The translations under genes were made by a program, and so were the position numbers. A stretch of DNA of 64,000 bases from Chloroflexota bacterium. GTDB lineage: Bacteria > Chloroflexota > Dehalococcoidia > Lucifugimonadales > JADFKI01. This document shows positions 41,417 to 51,146 of this stretch, piece after piece. Within the stretch, counting starts at the first letter, position 1; each line of letters starts with the position of its first letter. The notes below the pieces were generated by a model. It was given only the letters and a program-made list of their open reading frames with translations. It was not told the origin of the DNA and searched no databases. The stretch covers positions 6,432 through 70,431 of the forward strand of contig JAQBUT010000011.1 in NCBI GenBank assembly GCA_027623195.1, given 5' to 3'.

Positions 41417-42661
41417 GTGAAAATATTGGCAGACGCGAATGTAGCGGTATTAATTGACTTCGAAAACGTGGGCCTGGATGCTATCCAGTACCTGCTGGAT
41501 CAGCTTTCTGACGTTGGTCGCATAATCATCAAGAGGGCTTACGGGGACTGGTCGGTACAGCGAGGCAAGCAAGAGCAGCTCATCGAGCAAGGCATCGAAG
41601 CTGTGCACCAGTACCGGTCTAACAGGTCGGGCAAGAACTCCAGCGACATACGCCTAACTATTGAAGCCATCGATCTATTCCATACCTCCCCTATCGACAC
41701 CTTTGTAATCGTGTCATCCGACAGCGACTTTGTTCCCCTGGTGGGCAAATTACGCTCTTCAGGCAAGACTGTTATAGGCTCAGGCCGAAGAGAGGCCACT
41801 TCCTCCACACTGATTCGCAGTTGCGACAGGTACATCTTTCTTGACGATGTCACGAAGCGACGCCCACCTGTGGTGGCGCAGCCCGCCCGTAGGCGTAACG
41901 CTGCGGCTGCTTTTAGGCCGACCGATAGCGACGATACATCGTCCGTTTCGAATTCGGGTGAGACATCTCTGGTAATGCGTGCCTACGAGGCCTCCATGGA
42001 CGACCTTGGATATGTTGCAGGGTCCAAGCTGTACCAGACAATGCGGCGCATAGACCCTGGATTTGACTACAGAGTGCTGGGGTTCCGAACGTTCATACAG
42101 TTCTTGGAAGCCAGCAGTGAAATTGAAATTAACCGTCCTCAAAATGGCGGAGATGTTCAGGTCGCAACAAAACAGGGGAGGGACCAGGCCGGGTCTCCTT
42201 CTCCAGATCCTCAAGAACAGCCAGAATCTAATGGACAGCGGGGCCCGCAGCGACGAGGTCGAGGGCAACGACAGCCCCTCCCAATAGAAACCTCACCTGT
42301 TGTTGAGGAACAGGCAGTTCCCCCTGCGTCCGTGTCTGAACAGGTGCCCCCTCCCGCAATGATAGAGGAGGAGACGGCTCCTGTTGAACCAGACGAGGAA
42401 GAGAGGCCTGTAGTCGTCCCAACGAATGGTGCCTCTTATGGGTCATCGGGCCTGAACTGGGAGCGCGAAGTAGATGCTGCGTGGACTAGACGTCAACGCA
42501 ATACCATTTCGGGAAGAGCAGCAGCCACGGACGCTGCCAAGGCCCTGAAGGTGGATAAGCTAAGCTCATCACAGTTCCCTTCACTGGACAAGCTTCTTGG
42601 AGCCAGTAAACTACTGCAACTCAATTGGCGACGCGAGGGGAATACCATTGTTAAGAAATAG
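41417..42661 (+). CDS. NYN-domain ribonuclease with an OST-HTH/LOTUS domain and Pro/Glu-rich linker
   Basis: LIDFEN, KRAYGDW, GKNSSDI, VSSDSDF, CDRYIFL; then RRIDPGFDYRVLGFRTFIQFLE. Confidence 0.85.
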   Translation: MKILADANVAVLIDFENVGLDAIQYLLDQLSDVGRIIIKRAYGDWSVQRGKQEQLIEQGIEAVHQYRSNRSGKNSSDIRLTIEAIDLFHTSPIDTFVIVSSDSDFVPLVGKLRSSGKTVIGSGRREATSSTLIRSCDRYIFLDDVTKRRPPVVAQPARRRNAAAAFRPTDSDDTSSVSNSGETSLVMRAYEASMDDLGYVAGSKLYQTMRRIDPGFDYRVLGFRTFIQFLEASSEIEINRPQNGGDVQVATKQGRDQAGSPSPDPQEQPESNGQRGPQRRGRGQRQPLPIETSPVVEEQAVPPASVSEQVPPPAMIEEETAPVEPDEEERPVVVPTNGASYGSSGLNWEREVDAAWTRRQRNTISGRAAATDAAKALKVDKLSSSQFPSLDKLLGASKLLQLNWRREGNTIVKK

Positions 42662-42700
42662 CGCTGGATTCGGCCTGGCAACTTAGTTCGTGAATTGGCA

Positions 42701-42766
42701 TGTGGTTCGACAAGCTCACCGTGAACGTGGCAAAGAAAAATCGTTCGCTCTGAGTCTGTCTAAAGG
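42701..42766. repeat. REP-like palindromic element, copy 1
   Basis: TGTGGTTCGACAAGCTCACCGTGAACG...CGTTCGCTCTGAGTCTGTCTAAAGG; 24/28 identical to 55563-55590. Confidence 0.6.
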
Positions 42767-42890
42767 CAGGCCGCGCTTTTGTGCGTAGCCGCCGAGTATC
42801 ACCTTCTTCGGAAGTTAGGACGAATCGGTTTATCTATAGCCTGAACCTGTAGGCCTGGACATTCGACCAAGGGAACTGTGAGTCCTGACG

Positions 42891-43655
42891 ATGCTTCTTG
42901 CGCTAGACATAGGGAATACCAATATCACCCTGGGAATTTTCCAGGGTGATAATATTCACGCGACCTGGCGGGTGGCCACAGACGCCTCCAAGATGCCGGA
43001 CGAGTACGGGATTCTCTTGAACCAACTGCTCGGTCTTAAGGGCATGGACTCATCGAATGTGGATGCTGTGGCGGTCTGTAGCGTAGTTCCACCTCTGACA
43101 CCCGTATTCCTAGAGCTCTGCAGGACTTATTTCAAAATCGAACCGCTGGTAGTTGGCGCGGGAACCAAGACTGGCATTCGAATACTCTACGATAATCCCA
43201 GGGACGTTGGCGCTGACAGAATTGTAGACGCAGCAGCAGCACTCAAAATGTATGGTGGTCCCGTTATCGTTGTCGACATGGGCACCGCGACCGTATTCGA
43301 CGCTGTTACGGGGGATGGGAATTACCTGGGCGGAGCCATTGCCCCTGGTATGGCCATTGCCGCCGATGCCTTATTTCACACGACTTCCCAGTTGAGGCGC
43401 GTTGAGTTGGTAAGCCCAGGTGTGGCCATTGGCAAGAACACGGTCCACGCAATTCAGTCGGGGCTGGTGCTGGGATACGCCGAGCTGGTCAAAGGCATGG
43501 TAGGCAGGTTCGACCGAGAGCTGGGCGGTGGCGCCAAGGTCGTGGCAACCGGAGGCCTCGCCCCTGTTGTGGCACAGGAGGCAGGCGTATTCGACGCTGT
43601 TGACCCCGACCTTACGCTCACTGGCCTTCGTTTGATTCACGAGATGAATTCTTAA
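42891..43655 (+). CDS. coaX: Type III pantothenate kinase
   Basis: LDIGNTN, SVVP, VGADRI, VDMGTAT, GGAIAPG, ATGG. Confidence 0.95.
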   Translation: MLLALDIGNTNITLGIFQGDNIHATWRVATDASKMPDEYGILLNQLLGLKGMDSSNVDAVAVCSVVPPLTPVFLELCRTYFKIEPLVVGAGTKTGIRILYDNPRDVGADRIVDAAAALKMYGGPVIVVDMGTATVFDAVTGDGNYLGGAIAPGMAIAADALFHTTSQLRRVELVSPGVAIGKNTVHAIQSGLVLGYAELVKGMVGRFDRELGGGAKVVATGGLAPVVAQEAGVFDAVDPDLTLTGLRLIHEMNS

Positions 43656-43727
43656 TTGGCGGCTCATTCACACCTTCATGTTGACCCCGTGGCAATGTCA
43701 GTAAGCGGATGCAAGGATATCTAAGAA

Positions 43728-44927
43728 ATGCCTAACCCTCTGGAAAATAGGCACATTGCCCTTGGCGTGACGGGAAGCATTGCCTGCTACAAGTCCGTCG
43801 ATTTGGCCAGCAAACTCACACAGGCCGGCGCGCTGGTAGACGTACTAATGACACCCGAGGCGACCAAGTTCCTTGCGCCGTTAACCTTTCGAAGCATTAC
43901 ACACCGGCCCGTTATCACCGATATATTCGCTCCGGAATCGGAGCTTAGTATTAACCACGTGGCCGTAGCGGAGCGGGCTGACGTAGTGATAGTTGCCCCT
44001 GCTACGGCGAACACTATCGCCAAGCTGGCTCACGGTTTAGCGGACGATCCCGTCACGACTACTGTCCTGGCTACCCGAGCGCCGGTCATCGTCGCTCCGG
44101 CTATGGATGCCAATATGTACGAAAATGCAGCAACTCAGCAAAACGTGGCCGCACTGCAGGGCCGAGGTTACATAATCGCCGGGCCTGCCTCCGGTAGATT
44201 GGCATCGGGACTTATTGGACTGGGCCGAATGCTGGAAACACCTGACCTTCTTGGCTGCATCAAGGTCGTGCTCGGGCGTGACGGGGACCTTGCCAATCGA
44301 AAGGTTGTGGTCAGCGCTGGGGGTACGCAGGAGCCTATCGACCCGGTACGTGTTATTGCCAACCACTCAACGGGCAAGATGGGATACGCATTGGCCGAGG
44401 CCGCCCGAGATCGGGGCGCCGACGTATCGCTGGTCACCACGCCCACTGCTCTGGAAGACCCCTATGGCGTCAACGTCATCAAGGTGCGTACTGCTTTGGA
44501 GATGCGTAGTGCCCTGCTTCATCAGTGCTCCAACGCCGACGCGCTAATTATGGCCGCGGCGGTGGCGGATTGGCGTCCCACAGAGACTGCAGACCACAAG
44601 CTGAAAAAGGGTGATTCCGATACCTGGAGCATCGACCTGGTTAAAAACCCCGACATCCTCGCGGAGATTTCCGGAGAAGGTCTGATTAAAGTCGGATTCG
44701 CTGCCGAGAGCGAAGACCTCATAGCTAATGCTCAGTCCAAGCTTGTGAGCAAAGGACTGCACCTCATAGTTGCCAATAACATCACGGCACCCGATAGTGG
44801 TTTCGGAACGGATACAAACAGGGTTACCCTAGTGGATAGGGAAGGCCGGACCACTGAGTTGCCTCTGCTAACCAAGTACGAGGTAGGCCACGAGATTTTG
44901 GATAGAGTCGCAAAGGTCCTGGCGTAG
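43728..44927 (+). CDS. coaBC: Phosphopantothenoylcysteine decarboxylase/synthetase
   Basis: GVTGSIACYK, APATAN, PAMDANM, EPIDPVR, STGKMG, AAAVADW, GFAAES. Confidence 0.95.
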   Translation: MPNPLENRHIALGVTGSIACYKSVDLASKLTQAGALVDVLMTPEATKFLAPLTFRSITHRPVITDIFAPESELSINHVAVAERADVVIVAPATANTIAKLAHGLADDPVTTTVLATRAPVIVAPAMDANMYENAATQQNVAALQGRGYIIAGPASGRLASGLIGLGRMLETPDLLGCIKVVLGRDGDLANRKVVVSAGGTQEPIDPVRVIANHSTGKMGYALAEAARDRGADVSLVTTPTALEDPYGVNVIKVRTALEMRSALLHQCSNADALIMAAAVADWRPTETADHKLKKGDSDTWSIDLVKNPDILAEISGEGLIKVGFAAESEDLIANAQSKLVSKGLHLIVANNITAPDSGFGTDTNRVTLVDREGRTTELPLLTKYEVGHEILDRVAKVLA

Positions 44928-44954
44928 CCCTTAAAACCGGCTGGAGGCGTCGCG

Positions 44955-45332
44955 GTGACCTTGCAAAATATATTCAAAACCATATCGGAACGCCTTCAGA
45001 CTACCGCCACCGTTAAGACAGTTTATGGCGATCCCATTATTGCCGAGGGCAAAACGATCATCCCGGTTGCCAGGGTGCGCTTCGGATTCGGCGCAGGGTT
45101 TGGCGAGGGGGAGGCAGGCGACGAAGGCACCGTTGCCCGCCCAGCAGGTGGAAAAGGCGGTGGTGGCGGCGGAGGGGTTGAAGTCCGCCCCGTCGGCTTC
45201 ATTGAGATAACACCGGGAGAGACGCGCTTCGTCTCCATTGAGGGACACCAGAAGGCCACACGTTGGGCTATTATGGGTCTACTGGCAGGGTTCTTTTTGT
45301 TCAGGCGACGGCGCAGGCGAAAAGGGTCATAA
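44955..45332 (+). CDS. GerW/YtfJ-family protein
   Basis: VYGDPI, TIIPVARVRFGFGAG, GGGGGGG-V-PVG. Confidence 0.75.
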   Translation: MTLQNIFKTISERLQTTATVKTVYGDPIIAEGKTIIPVARVRFGFGAGFGEGEAGDEGTVARPAGGKGGGGGGGVEVRPVGFIEITPGETRFVSIEGHQKATRWAIMGLLAGFFLFRRRRRRKGS

Positions 45333-45402
45333 AGAACTATTTAATGGAATGCATTCACTGAAACGGTTACAATTTGACGGGGTAACTCAACTGGAGGGGA
45401 CG

Positions 45403-45588
45403 ATGCCGATAGTACGAATCGAGATGTGGCCCGGCAGAAGCCACGCACAGAAGGCGGAGCTGGCCAGGGTAATCACGGACGCAATGGTCAACATTACCCA
45501 GACGACCCCTGACTCCACCATAATTGTCTTTGAGGACATTCCCAAGGACAATTGGGCTCAGAACGGCATGCTCGCGTCCGACAAGTAA
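45403..45588 (+). CDS. 4-oxalocrotonate tautomerase family protein
   Basis: Catalytic Pro1 (MPIVRI), GRS-AQK, WAQNG; GGAGG RBS. Confidence 0.88.
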   Translation: MPIVRIEMWPGRSHAQKAELARVITDAMVNITQTTPDSTIIVFEDIPKDNWAQNGMLASDK

Positions 45589-45659
45589 TCGCGCTGGACG
45601 CAATGGTCTTGACAGGCCTGGCGAATCGCACTTATAGTAAATTCAATTAACAAAAAAAG

Positions 45660-45950
45660 GCTACGAACAGGACTAGTAGGTCTCCAGCGAAGCTCAGAGA
45701 GCCGGGTAAGGTGTGAGCCGGCGCTAAGCGCAGGGACTGAATGGACCTGGGAGCTGCCGCCCGAAGGTCTGCCTCAAGCGGACTGTAGGCGTGGACGGAA
45801 GGGCACCGTTACTGAAGCCCAGGGTATCGAGCCAGAACGATTGGCTCCGTGCCCGAACAAGAGGTCATTCGAGCTGGAAGCGGCTTTGGATGGCGAATTA
45901 GGGTGGCACCACGGTTAGAACCCGTCCCTTGCTAGGGCGGGTTTTTTTAT
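45660..45950 (+). ncRNA. Trp T-box riboswitch with terminator
   Basis: AGAGA and GGTG stem I motifs; specifier GAA-TGG (45742-45744); T-box AATTAGGGTGGCACCACGG (45896-45914); terminator 45919-45950; promoter TTGACA at 45609. Confidence 0.9.
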
Positions 45951-46000
45951 TGCCTAATTGTTCTTGATATTTGGAAATTGGAACACGGAGGTGCAGCGCA

Positions 46001-46051
46001 ATGGGATCTTTCTGCGCGTGCTTGTGGCCTAGGGGCGGATCTTTAACCTAG
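46001..46051 (+). CDS. Putative 16-aa mini-ORF MGSFCACLWPRGGSLT between the T-box and trpS
   Basis: GGAGGTG SD upstream of ATG 46001; one Trp codon; stop TAG 46049-46051. Confidence 0.3.
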   Translation: MGSFCACLWPRGGSLT

Positions 46052-46110
46052 GACACACCGAATGACCAGCGTCTACTAAATACTGAAGATTTCGCTAGGC
46101 GATACGAATA

Positions 46111-47154
46111 ATGCAAACCAGTGAATTGACAAGAGAATCAGAAGCGCCCAGCAAGCGAAGGGTGTTCAGCGGCATACAGCCCTCGGGCGACGTGCAACTG
46201 GGGAACTACTTGGGTGCGATAAAAGGCTGGGTGGAGCGGCAGTCGGAAAAAACTAACTTCTTCTGCCTGGTGGACTTACACGCCATCACGGTGTACCAGG
46301 ACCCGGAGCAACTGCTCCGCCAGACTCGGTCCTTGGCCGCCATTCTTTTCGCAGCCGGGTTGGACCCCGAAAGGAGCACCGTCTTTATCCAGAGCCACGT
46401 CCCGGCCCACGCCGAGGCGTGTTGGATATTGAATTGCGTTACGCCTATGGGCTGGTTGGAACGCATGACCCAGTTCAAAGACAAGTCCGCCAACCAGGAG
46501 CGGGTGTCCGCTGGTCTGCTGGACTACCCCGTGCTGATGGCGGGAGACATACTGCTGTACGACACCCACGAGGTGCCTGTGGGCGAGGACCAGCGTCAGC
46601 ATGTTGAGCTGGCAAGAGACATCGCGGAACGCTTCAATCATTTGTATGGCGAGACTTTCGTGGTGCCTCAGGCTGTAATCGCAGAGGTTGGGGCCAGGGT
46701 CATGGGACTGAACGACCCGACCGCGAAAATGTCCAAGAGCTTTTCGCACATCCGGGGCCACGCTATTGGCATGCTTGACGATCCCAAGGAAATCGAGCGC
46801 TCCTTTAAGCGGGCCGTGACGGACTCCGGCAAAGATATTACCTTTTCAAATGATCCGGAGCGAGCGGGAGTTAACAACCTTCTCGGCATATACAAGGTCA
46901 TCACAGGGCGCAATACGTCCGAGGTAGAAAACGACTTTGCGGATGCCAGGGGTTACGGCGACCTCAAGGCCCGTGTGGCAGAGGTTGTTACCGAAGAGTT
47001 GATGCCCATTCAAAAGCGATATCACGAAATAATGGACGACGTGAGTGAGCTGGACAGGCTTCTGGCCAGAGGCGCGGAGCACGCCGCTTCTGTCTCTACG
47101 CCAAAGATGGACGAGCTAAAGAGGAAAGTGGGTCTCACATTACCCCGAGGCTAG
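46111..47154 (+). CDS. trpS: Tryptophan--tRNA ligase
   Basis: FSGIQPSG, LGNYLGA, DLHAIT, YPVLMAGDIL, VPVGEDQ, KMSKS. Confidence 0.96.
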   Translation: MQTSELTRESEAPSKRRVFSGIQPSGDVQLGNYLGAIKGWVERQSEKTNFFCLVDLHAITVYQDPEQLLRQTRSLAAILFAAGLDPERSTVFIQSHVPAHAEACWILNCVTPMGWLERMTQFKDKSANQERVSAGLLDYPVLMAGDILLYDTHEVPVGEDQRQHVELARDIAERFNHLYGETFVVPQAVIAEVGARVMGLNDPTAKMSKSFSHIRGHAIGMLDDPKEIERSFKRAVTDSGKDITFSNDPERAGVNNLLGIYKVITGRNTSEVENDFADARGYGDLKARVAEVVTEELMPIQKRYHEIMDDVSELDRLLARGAEHAASVSTPKMDELKRKVGLTLPRG

Positions 47155-47200
47155 TCGTCTACCTGACCGGCCATCACGTCGAACGGTAAGGACAATTAAC

Positions 47201-48652
47201 ATGTACCAACCAACGCTAGAACAGGTGCGGAAGCTGGCGGACCAGGGAAACCTGATTCCAATTTTCCGCGAAATCAGCGCGGACCTGGAAACGCCGGTGT
47301 CCGCTTACCTCAAGGTAGCGCGGGCACCTTACTCCTTCCTGCTGGAGAGCGTGGAGGGCGGCGAGCGCATAGCACGGTTCAGCTTCATAGGGACTGAGCC
47401 ACATAAGATCATCAAAACCGGGCCCGGTCAGGAGTACGGCGCCGTGGACCCGCTCATACTAATAGAGAAAGAGCTATCCCAGTACAAGGTCGTGAGCGTG
47501 CCGGAGCTACCGCGCTTCAATGGCGGGGCCGTGGGATACCTTTCCTATGAGACCGTGGGCTATTTCGAGAAGCTGCCATCTCCGAAGAAAGTGGCCACAG
47601 ACGTTCCAGAGTCCATTTTCATGTTTGCCAACACGTTCCTGGTCTTCGATCACCCGCGCCACAAAATGCTGGTGGTTAGCCACCTGGAGTTGGATGGTGA
47701 TATCGACTCCTCTTATGCCGACGCGGTGAATCGCATCGAGGAAATCGTTGGAAGGCTGCAAGGACCGATCAACCTGCCCCATACGGAAGACGCCGTCGTG
47801 ACGCAGAAAGCGGCCATGGACTCCAACGTAACAAAGGACCAGCACGAGGCTATGGTGGAGCGCGTTAAGGAGTACATAGTTGCGGGCGATGTCATACAGA
47901 CCGTCGTCGCCCAGCGGTTGGCAAGGCCCACCACCGCTCACCCATTCCAGATCTATCGAGCCCTCAGGGCCATCAATCCTTCGCCGTACATGTACTACCT
48001 CGAGCTGGACGGATTCCAGATAGTCGGGGCGTCGCCGGAGATGCTGGTGCAGGTGGAAAACGGCGTAGTAGCGACGCACCCAATTGCGGGTACCCGACCT
48101 CGTGGGGCCAACGCCGCTGAGGACGATGCGCTGGAGGCGGAACTGCGCAACGACGAGAAAGAACAGGCAGAGCACATCATGCTGCTAGACCTCGGGCGCA
48201 ATGACATCGGGCGGGTCAGTGAGCCCGGCACAGTAGAAGTCACGCAGCTTATGGACGTGGAGCGTTACTCCCACGTCATGCACCTCGTCTCCCACGTGAC
48301 GGGCAAGCTGCGCAAGGACTACACCAGCTTCGACGCGTTAAGGGCATGCTTCCCTGCCGGCACTGTATCCGGCGCGCCAAAAATACGAGCCATGGAGATT
48401 ATCGCCGAGCTGGAGCCTGACAAGCGCGGACCTTACGCGGGCGCCGTGGGCTACTTCGACTTCTCGGGCAACATGGACACGGCCATTGCCATTCGCACCC
48501 TGGTGGTGAAGGACGGCGTGGCGTACGCCCAGGCCGGAGGGGGCATCGTGTACGACAGCGTGCCGGACACTGAGTACCGCGAAACGTTACACAAGGCCTC
48601 CGCTGTATTACGGGCCATCGACCAGGCTGAGTTAGAAGGCTCGCCGGAATAG
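47201..48652 (+). CDS. trpE: Anthranilate synthase component I
   Basis: FLLESVEGG, NPSPYMY, PIAGTRPRG, EHIMLLDLGRND, FPAGTVSGAPK. Confidence 0.95.
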   Translation: MYQPTLEQVRKLADQGNLIPIFREISADLETPVSAYLKVARAPYSFLLESVEGGERIARFSFIGTEPHKIIKTGPGQEYGAVDPLILIEKELSQYKVVSVPELPRFNGGAVGYLSYETVGYFEKLPSPKKVATDVPESIFMFANTFLVFDHPRHKMLVVSHLELDGDIDSSYADAVNRIEEIVGRLQGPINLPHTEDAVVTQKAAMDSNVTKDQHEAMVERVKEYIVAGDVIQTVVAQRLARPTTAHPFQIYRALRAINPSPYMYYLELDGFQIVGASPEMLVQVENGVVATHPIAGTRPRGANAAEDDALEAELRNDEKEQAEHIMLLDLGRNDIGRVSEPGTVEVTQLMDVERYSHVMHLVSHVTGKLRKDYTSFDALRACFPAGTVSGAPKIRAMEIIAELEPDKRGPYAGAVGYFDFSGNMDTAIAIRTLVVKDGVAYAQAGGGIVYDSVPDTEYRETLHKASAVLRAIDQAELEGSPE

Positions 48653-48677
48653 GCGGCGGTTTGACTGGAGAAAAATC

Positions 48678-49268
48678 ATGATACTGCTAATAGACAACTA
48701 CGATAGCTTCACGTATAACCTGTACCAATACCTGTGTGAACTGGGCGCCGACGTGAAAGTGGTGCGTAACGACGAGATAACCATCGAGGAGATCGAGGAG
48801 ATGGCGCCGGAGAAAATCGTGGTCTCTCCCGGTCCCAAGACTCCCGAGAAGGCTGGCATATCGCCCGAGGTAATCAGGCGGTTCGGCGCTAAGATACCCA
48901 TGCTAGGCGTGTGCCTTGGTCACCAGTGCATAGGCTACGCCTACGGCGGCACCGTTGGCGGCGCGGGGGAGATAATGCACGGCAAGATGTCCTTGATTCA
49001 CCACGACGGCAAGGGCGTATATAAAGGCCTCCCCAACCCATTCAAGGCCATACGCTACCACTCACTGGCGGTCTATAAAGAGGATTTGCCAGACGACCTG
49101 GAGGTCTCCGCGTGGACGGACAACGGCATCGTCATGGGCGTAAGGCATAAGGAACACCCTGTGGAGGGAATCCAGTTCCACCCAGAGTCGATCATGACCG
49201 AAGTGGGCCACGATCTCCTACGAAATTTTTTGGAGAGCGGCCCGCAGGCAAACGGTGAAGACAGATGA
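48678..49268 (+). CDS. trpG: Anthranilate synthase component II
   Basis: IDNYDSFTYNL, SPGP, GVCLGHQ, RYHSL, QFHPES. Confidence 0.93.
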   Translation: MILLIDNYDSFTYNLYQYLCELGADVKVVRNDEITIEEIEEMAPEKIVVSPGPKTPEKAGISPEVIRRFGAKIPMLGVCLGHQCIGYAYGGTVGGAGEIMHGKMSLIHHDGKGVYKGLPNPFKAIRYHSLAVYKEDLPDDLEVSAWTDNGIVMGVRHKEHPVEGIQFHPESIMTEVGHDLLRNFLESGPQANGEDR

Positions 49269-50278
49269 TTCGAGAAGCCATAGAAGCAGCCGTGGAGGGC
49301 CGTTCCCTTACAGTCGAAGAAGCCGCGCAGGCAATGGAAGAGATAATGACCGGCGAGGCCACGCCTGCGCAGTTCGGAGCCTTCGTGACGGCGTTGCGCA
49401 TTAAGGGCGAGACTGTAGACGAGATCACCGGCATGGCTCAGGTTATGCGGGAGAAGTCGTTGCACGTCAACGTCGAGGGCGCGCTGGTGGACACCTGTGG
49501 CACAGGGGGCGACGCCTCCGGCACCTTCAACATATCGACCACGGCGGCCTTTGTGGTGGCTGGCGCTGGCGTTAAGGTTGCCAAGCACGGCAATCGGGCA
49601 ATGTCCGGCGCATGTGGCAGCGCAGACGTATTGGAGAGCATTGGCGTAAAGATCGACCTCGGTCCAGAAGGCGTGGAACGCTGTCTACTCGAAACGAATT
49701 TTGGCTTCATGTTTGCTCAGACTTTCCACCCGTCTATGCGATTTGCCGCAGGTCCGCGTCGGGAGATTGGCATACGGACGGTATTCAACATCCTTGGGCC
49801 TCTTACCAATCCGGCGGGAGCCCAGTCACAGGTCATAGGCGTGGCAGACCCTGCTGTAGCCGATAAGATGGCGCAGGTCCTCGCCAAGTTGGGCAGCACT
49901 CACGCGCTGGTGGTGCATGGCGGCGATGGCCTGGACGAGATTTCCCTTAGCGGCCCGACACAGGTTTGGGAGATGCAAGGCGGCGTTGTCACTGAGAAGT
50001 CTATAAGTCCAGCCGATGTGGGTTTGTCTTCGTCGCCAACGTCGGCTATTCAGGCAGGCGGCGTGGAAGAGAGCGCGCGGATATTGCGTGAAGTTTTGGC
50101 CGGCAAGACCGGACCAGCGAGAGACATAGTGCTGATAAATGCAGCGGCGGCTTTGCTTGCTGCAGATAAAGTGTCGTCCCTTGCAGACGGAGTTAGGGTT
50201 GCAGCCGAAGCCATCGATAGCGGCAATGCACAGGCCAGCATGGAGAGCTTCGTGAAGCTGAGTCAGAGCCTGGAATAG
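49265..50278 (+). CDS. trpD: Anthranilate phosphoribosyltransferase
   Basis: DTCGTGGD, FNIST, KHGNR, GSADVLE, RTVFNILGPLTNP. Confidence 0.96.
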   Translation: MIREAIEAAVEGRSLTVEEAAQAMEEIMTGEATPAQFGAFVTALRIKGETVDEITGMAQVMREKSLHVNVEGALVDTCGTGGDASGTFNISTTAAFVVAGAGVKVAKHGNRAMSGACGSADVLESIGVKIDLGPEGVERCLLETNFGFMFAQTFHPSMRFAAGPRREIGIRTVFNILGPLTNPAGAQSQVIGVADPAVADKMAQVLAKLGSTHALVVHGGDGLDEISLSGPTQVWEMQGGVVTEKSISPADVGLSSSPTSAIQAGGVEESARILREVLAGKTGPARDIVLINAAAALLAADKVSSLADGVRVAAEAIDSGNAQASMESFVKLSQSLE

Positions 50279-50330
50279 TCGGGGTTTAAGGTTTCGGTAC
50301 GACTTCCGAAAACCAGCTAAGAGGAATGAA

Positions 50331-51146
50331 TTGGTACAAGGCGGCACCCCGGACATTCTGAAAAAAATCGTCGGCGTAAAGCGAGTCGAGGTGGAGCGTC
50401 TCAAAATCGAGATGCCCCTGGCCGAGTTGCAACGTCGTATTGCAGCACGCCAGCCTGCCCTGGACTTTGCCGACGCGCTTCGTGGCGACCCCGCTGACCC
50501 CACGGACAAGGTAAAGATAATTGCTGAGGTCAAAAAGGCCTCGCCATCAAAAGGCCTTCTGCGGGCTGATTTCGATGCGGTGGACCTGGCAAAGACCTAC
50601 GTAGCCAACGGCGCTGCGGCTATCTCCGTCCTCACGGAAGTAGACCACTTTCAGGGCAGCATCGATTACATGGCTGCCGTTCAGGAGGTAGCATATCCGC
50701 ATAACGTTCCTGTACTGCGCAAAGAGTTTATCTTCGATACGTACCAAGTCTACGAGGCCCGCGCCTATGGGGCCGACGCCCTGTTGCTCATCGTGGCAAT
50801 GCTATCACCGGAATGTCTGGTAGAGCTTTTTGACCTAAGTGGTTCGCTGGGTATGCAGTGCCTCGTGGAAGTCCATGACGAGTCTGAGGTAGATGTGGCG
50901 CTAAAGGCAGGCGCTGACGTAGTTGGGATAAACAACCGCGACCTCAGGACCTTCATTACAGACCTGTCCGTGACCGAGCGGTTGGCAACCCGCGTTCCCT
51001 CCGATAAAATAATAATTAGCGAGAGTGGTATCAACAGTCCGAAAGACCTGGTAAGGGTTCAGGCGGCTGGAGCCAACGCGGCGCTTATAGGCGAGGCTCT
51101 GGTGACGGCATCGGACGTGGGCGCAAAGCTTAGGGAGCTTGCATGA
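50331..51146 (+). CDS. trpC: Indole-3-glycerol phosphate synthase
   Basis: IAEVKKASPSKG, ISVLTE, LRKEF, GINNRDL, ISESGI. Confidence 0.95.
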   Translation: MVQGGTPDILKKIVGVKRVEVERLKIEMPLAELQRRIAARQPALDFADALRGDPADPTDKVKIIAEVKKASPSKGLLRADFDAVDLAKTYVANGAAAISVLTEVDHFQGSIDYMAAVQEVAYPHNVPVLRKEFIFDTYQVYEARAYGADALLLIVAMLSPECLVELFDLSGSLGMQCLVEVHDESEVDVALKAGADVVGINNRDLRTFITDLSVTERLATRVPSDKIIISESGINSPKDLVRVQAAGANAALIGEALVTASDVGAKLRELA

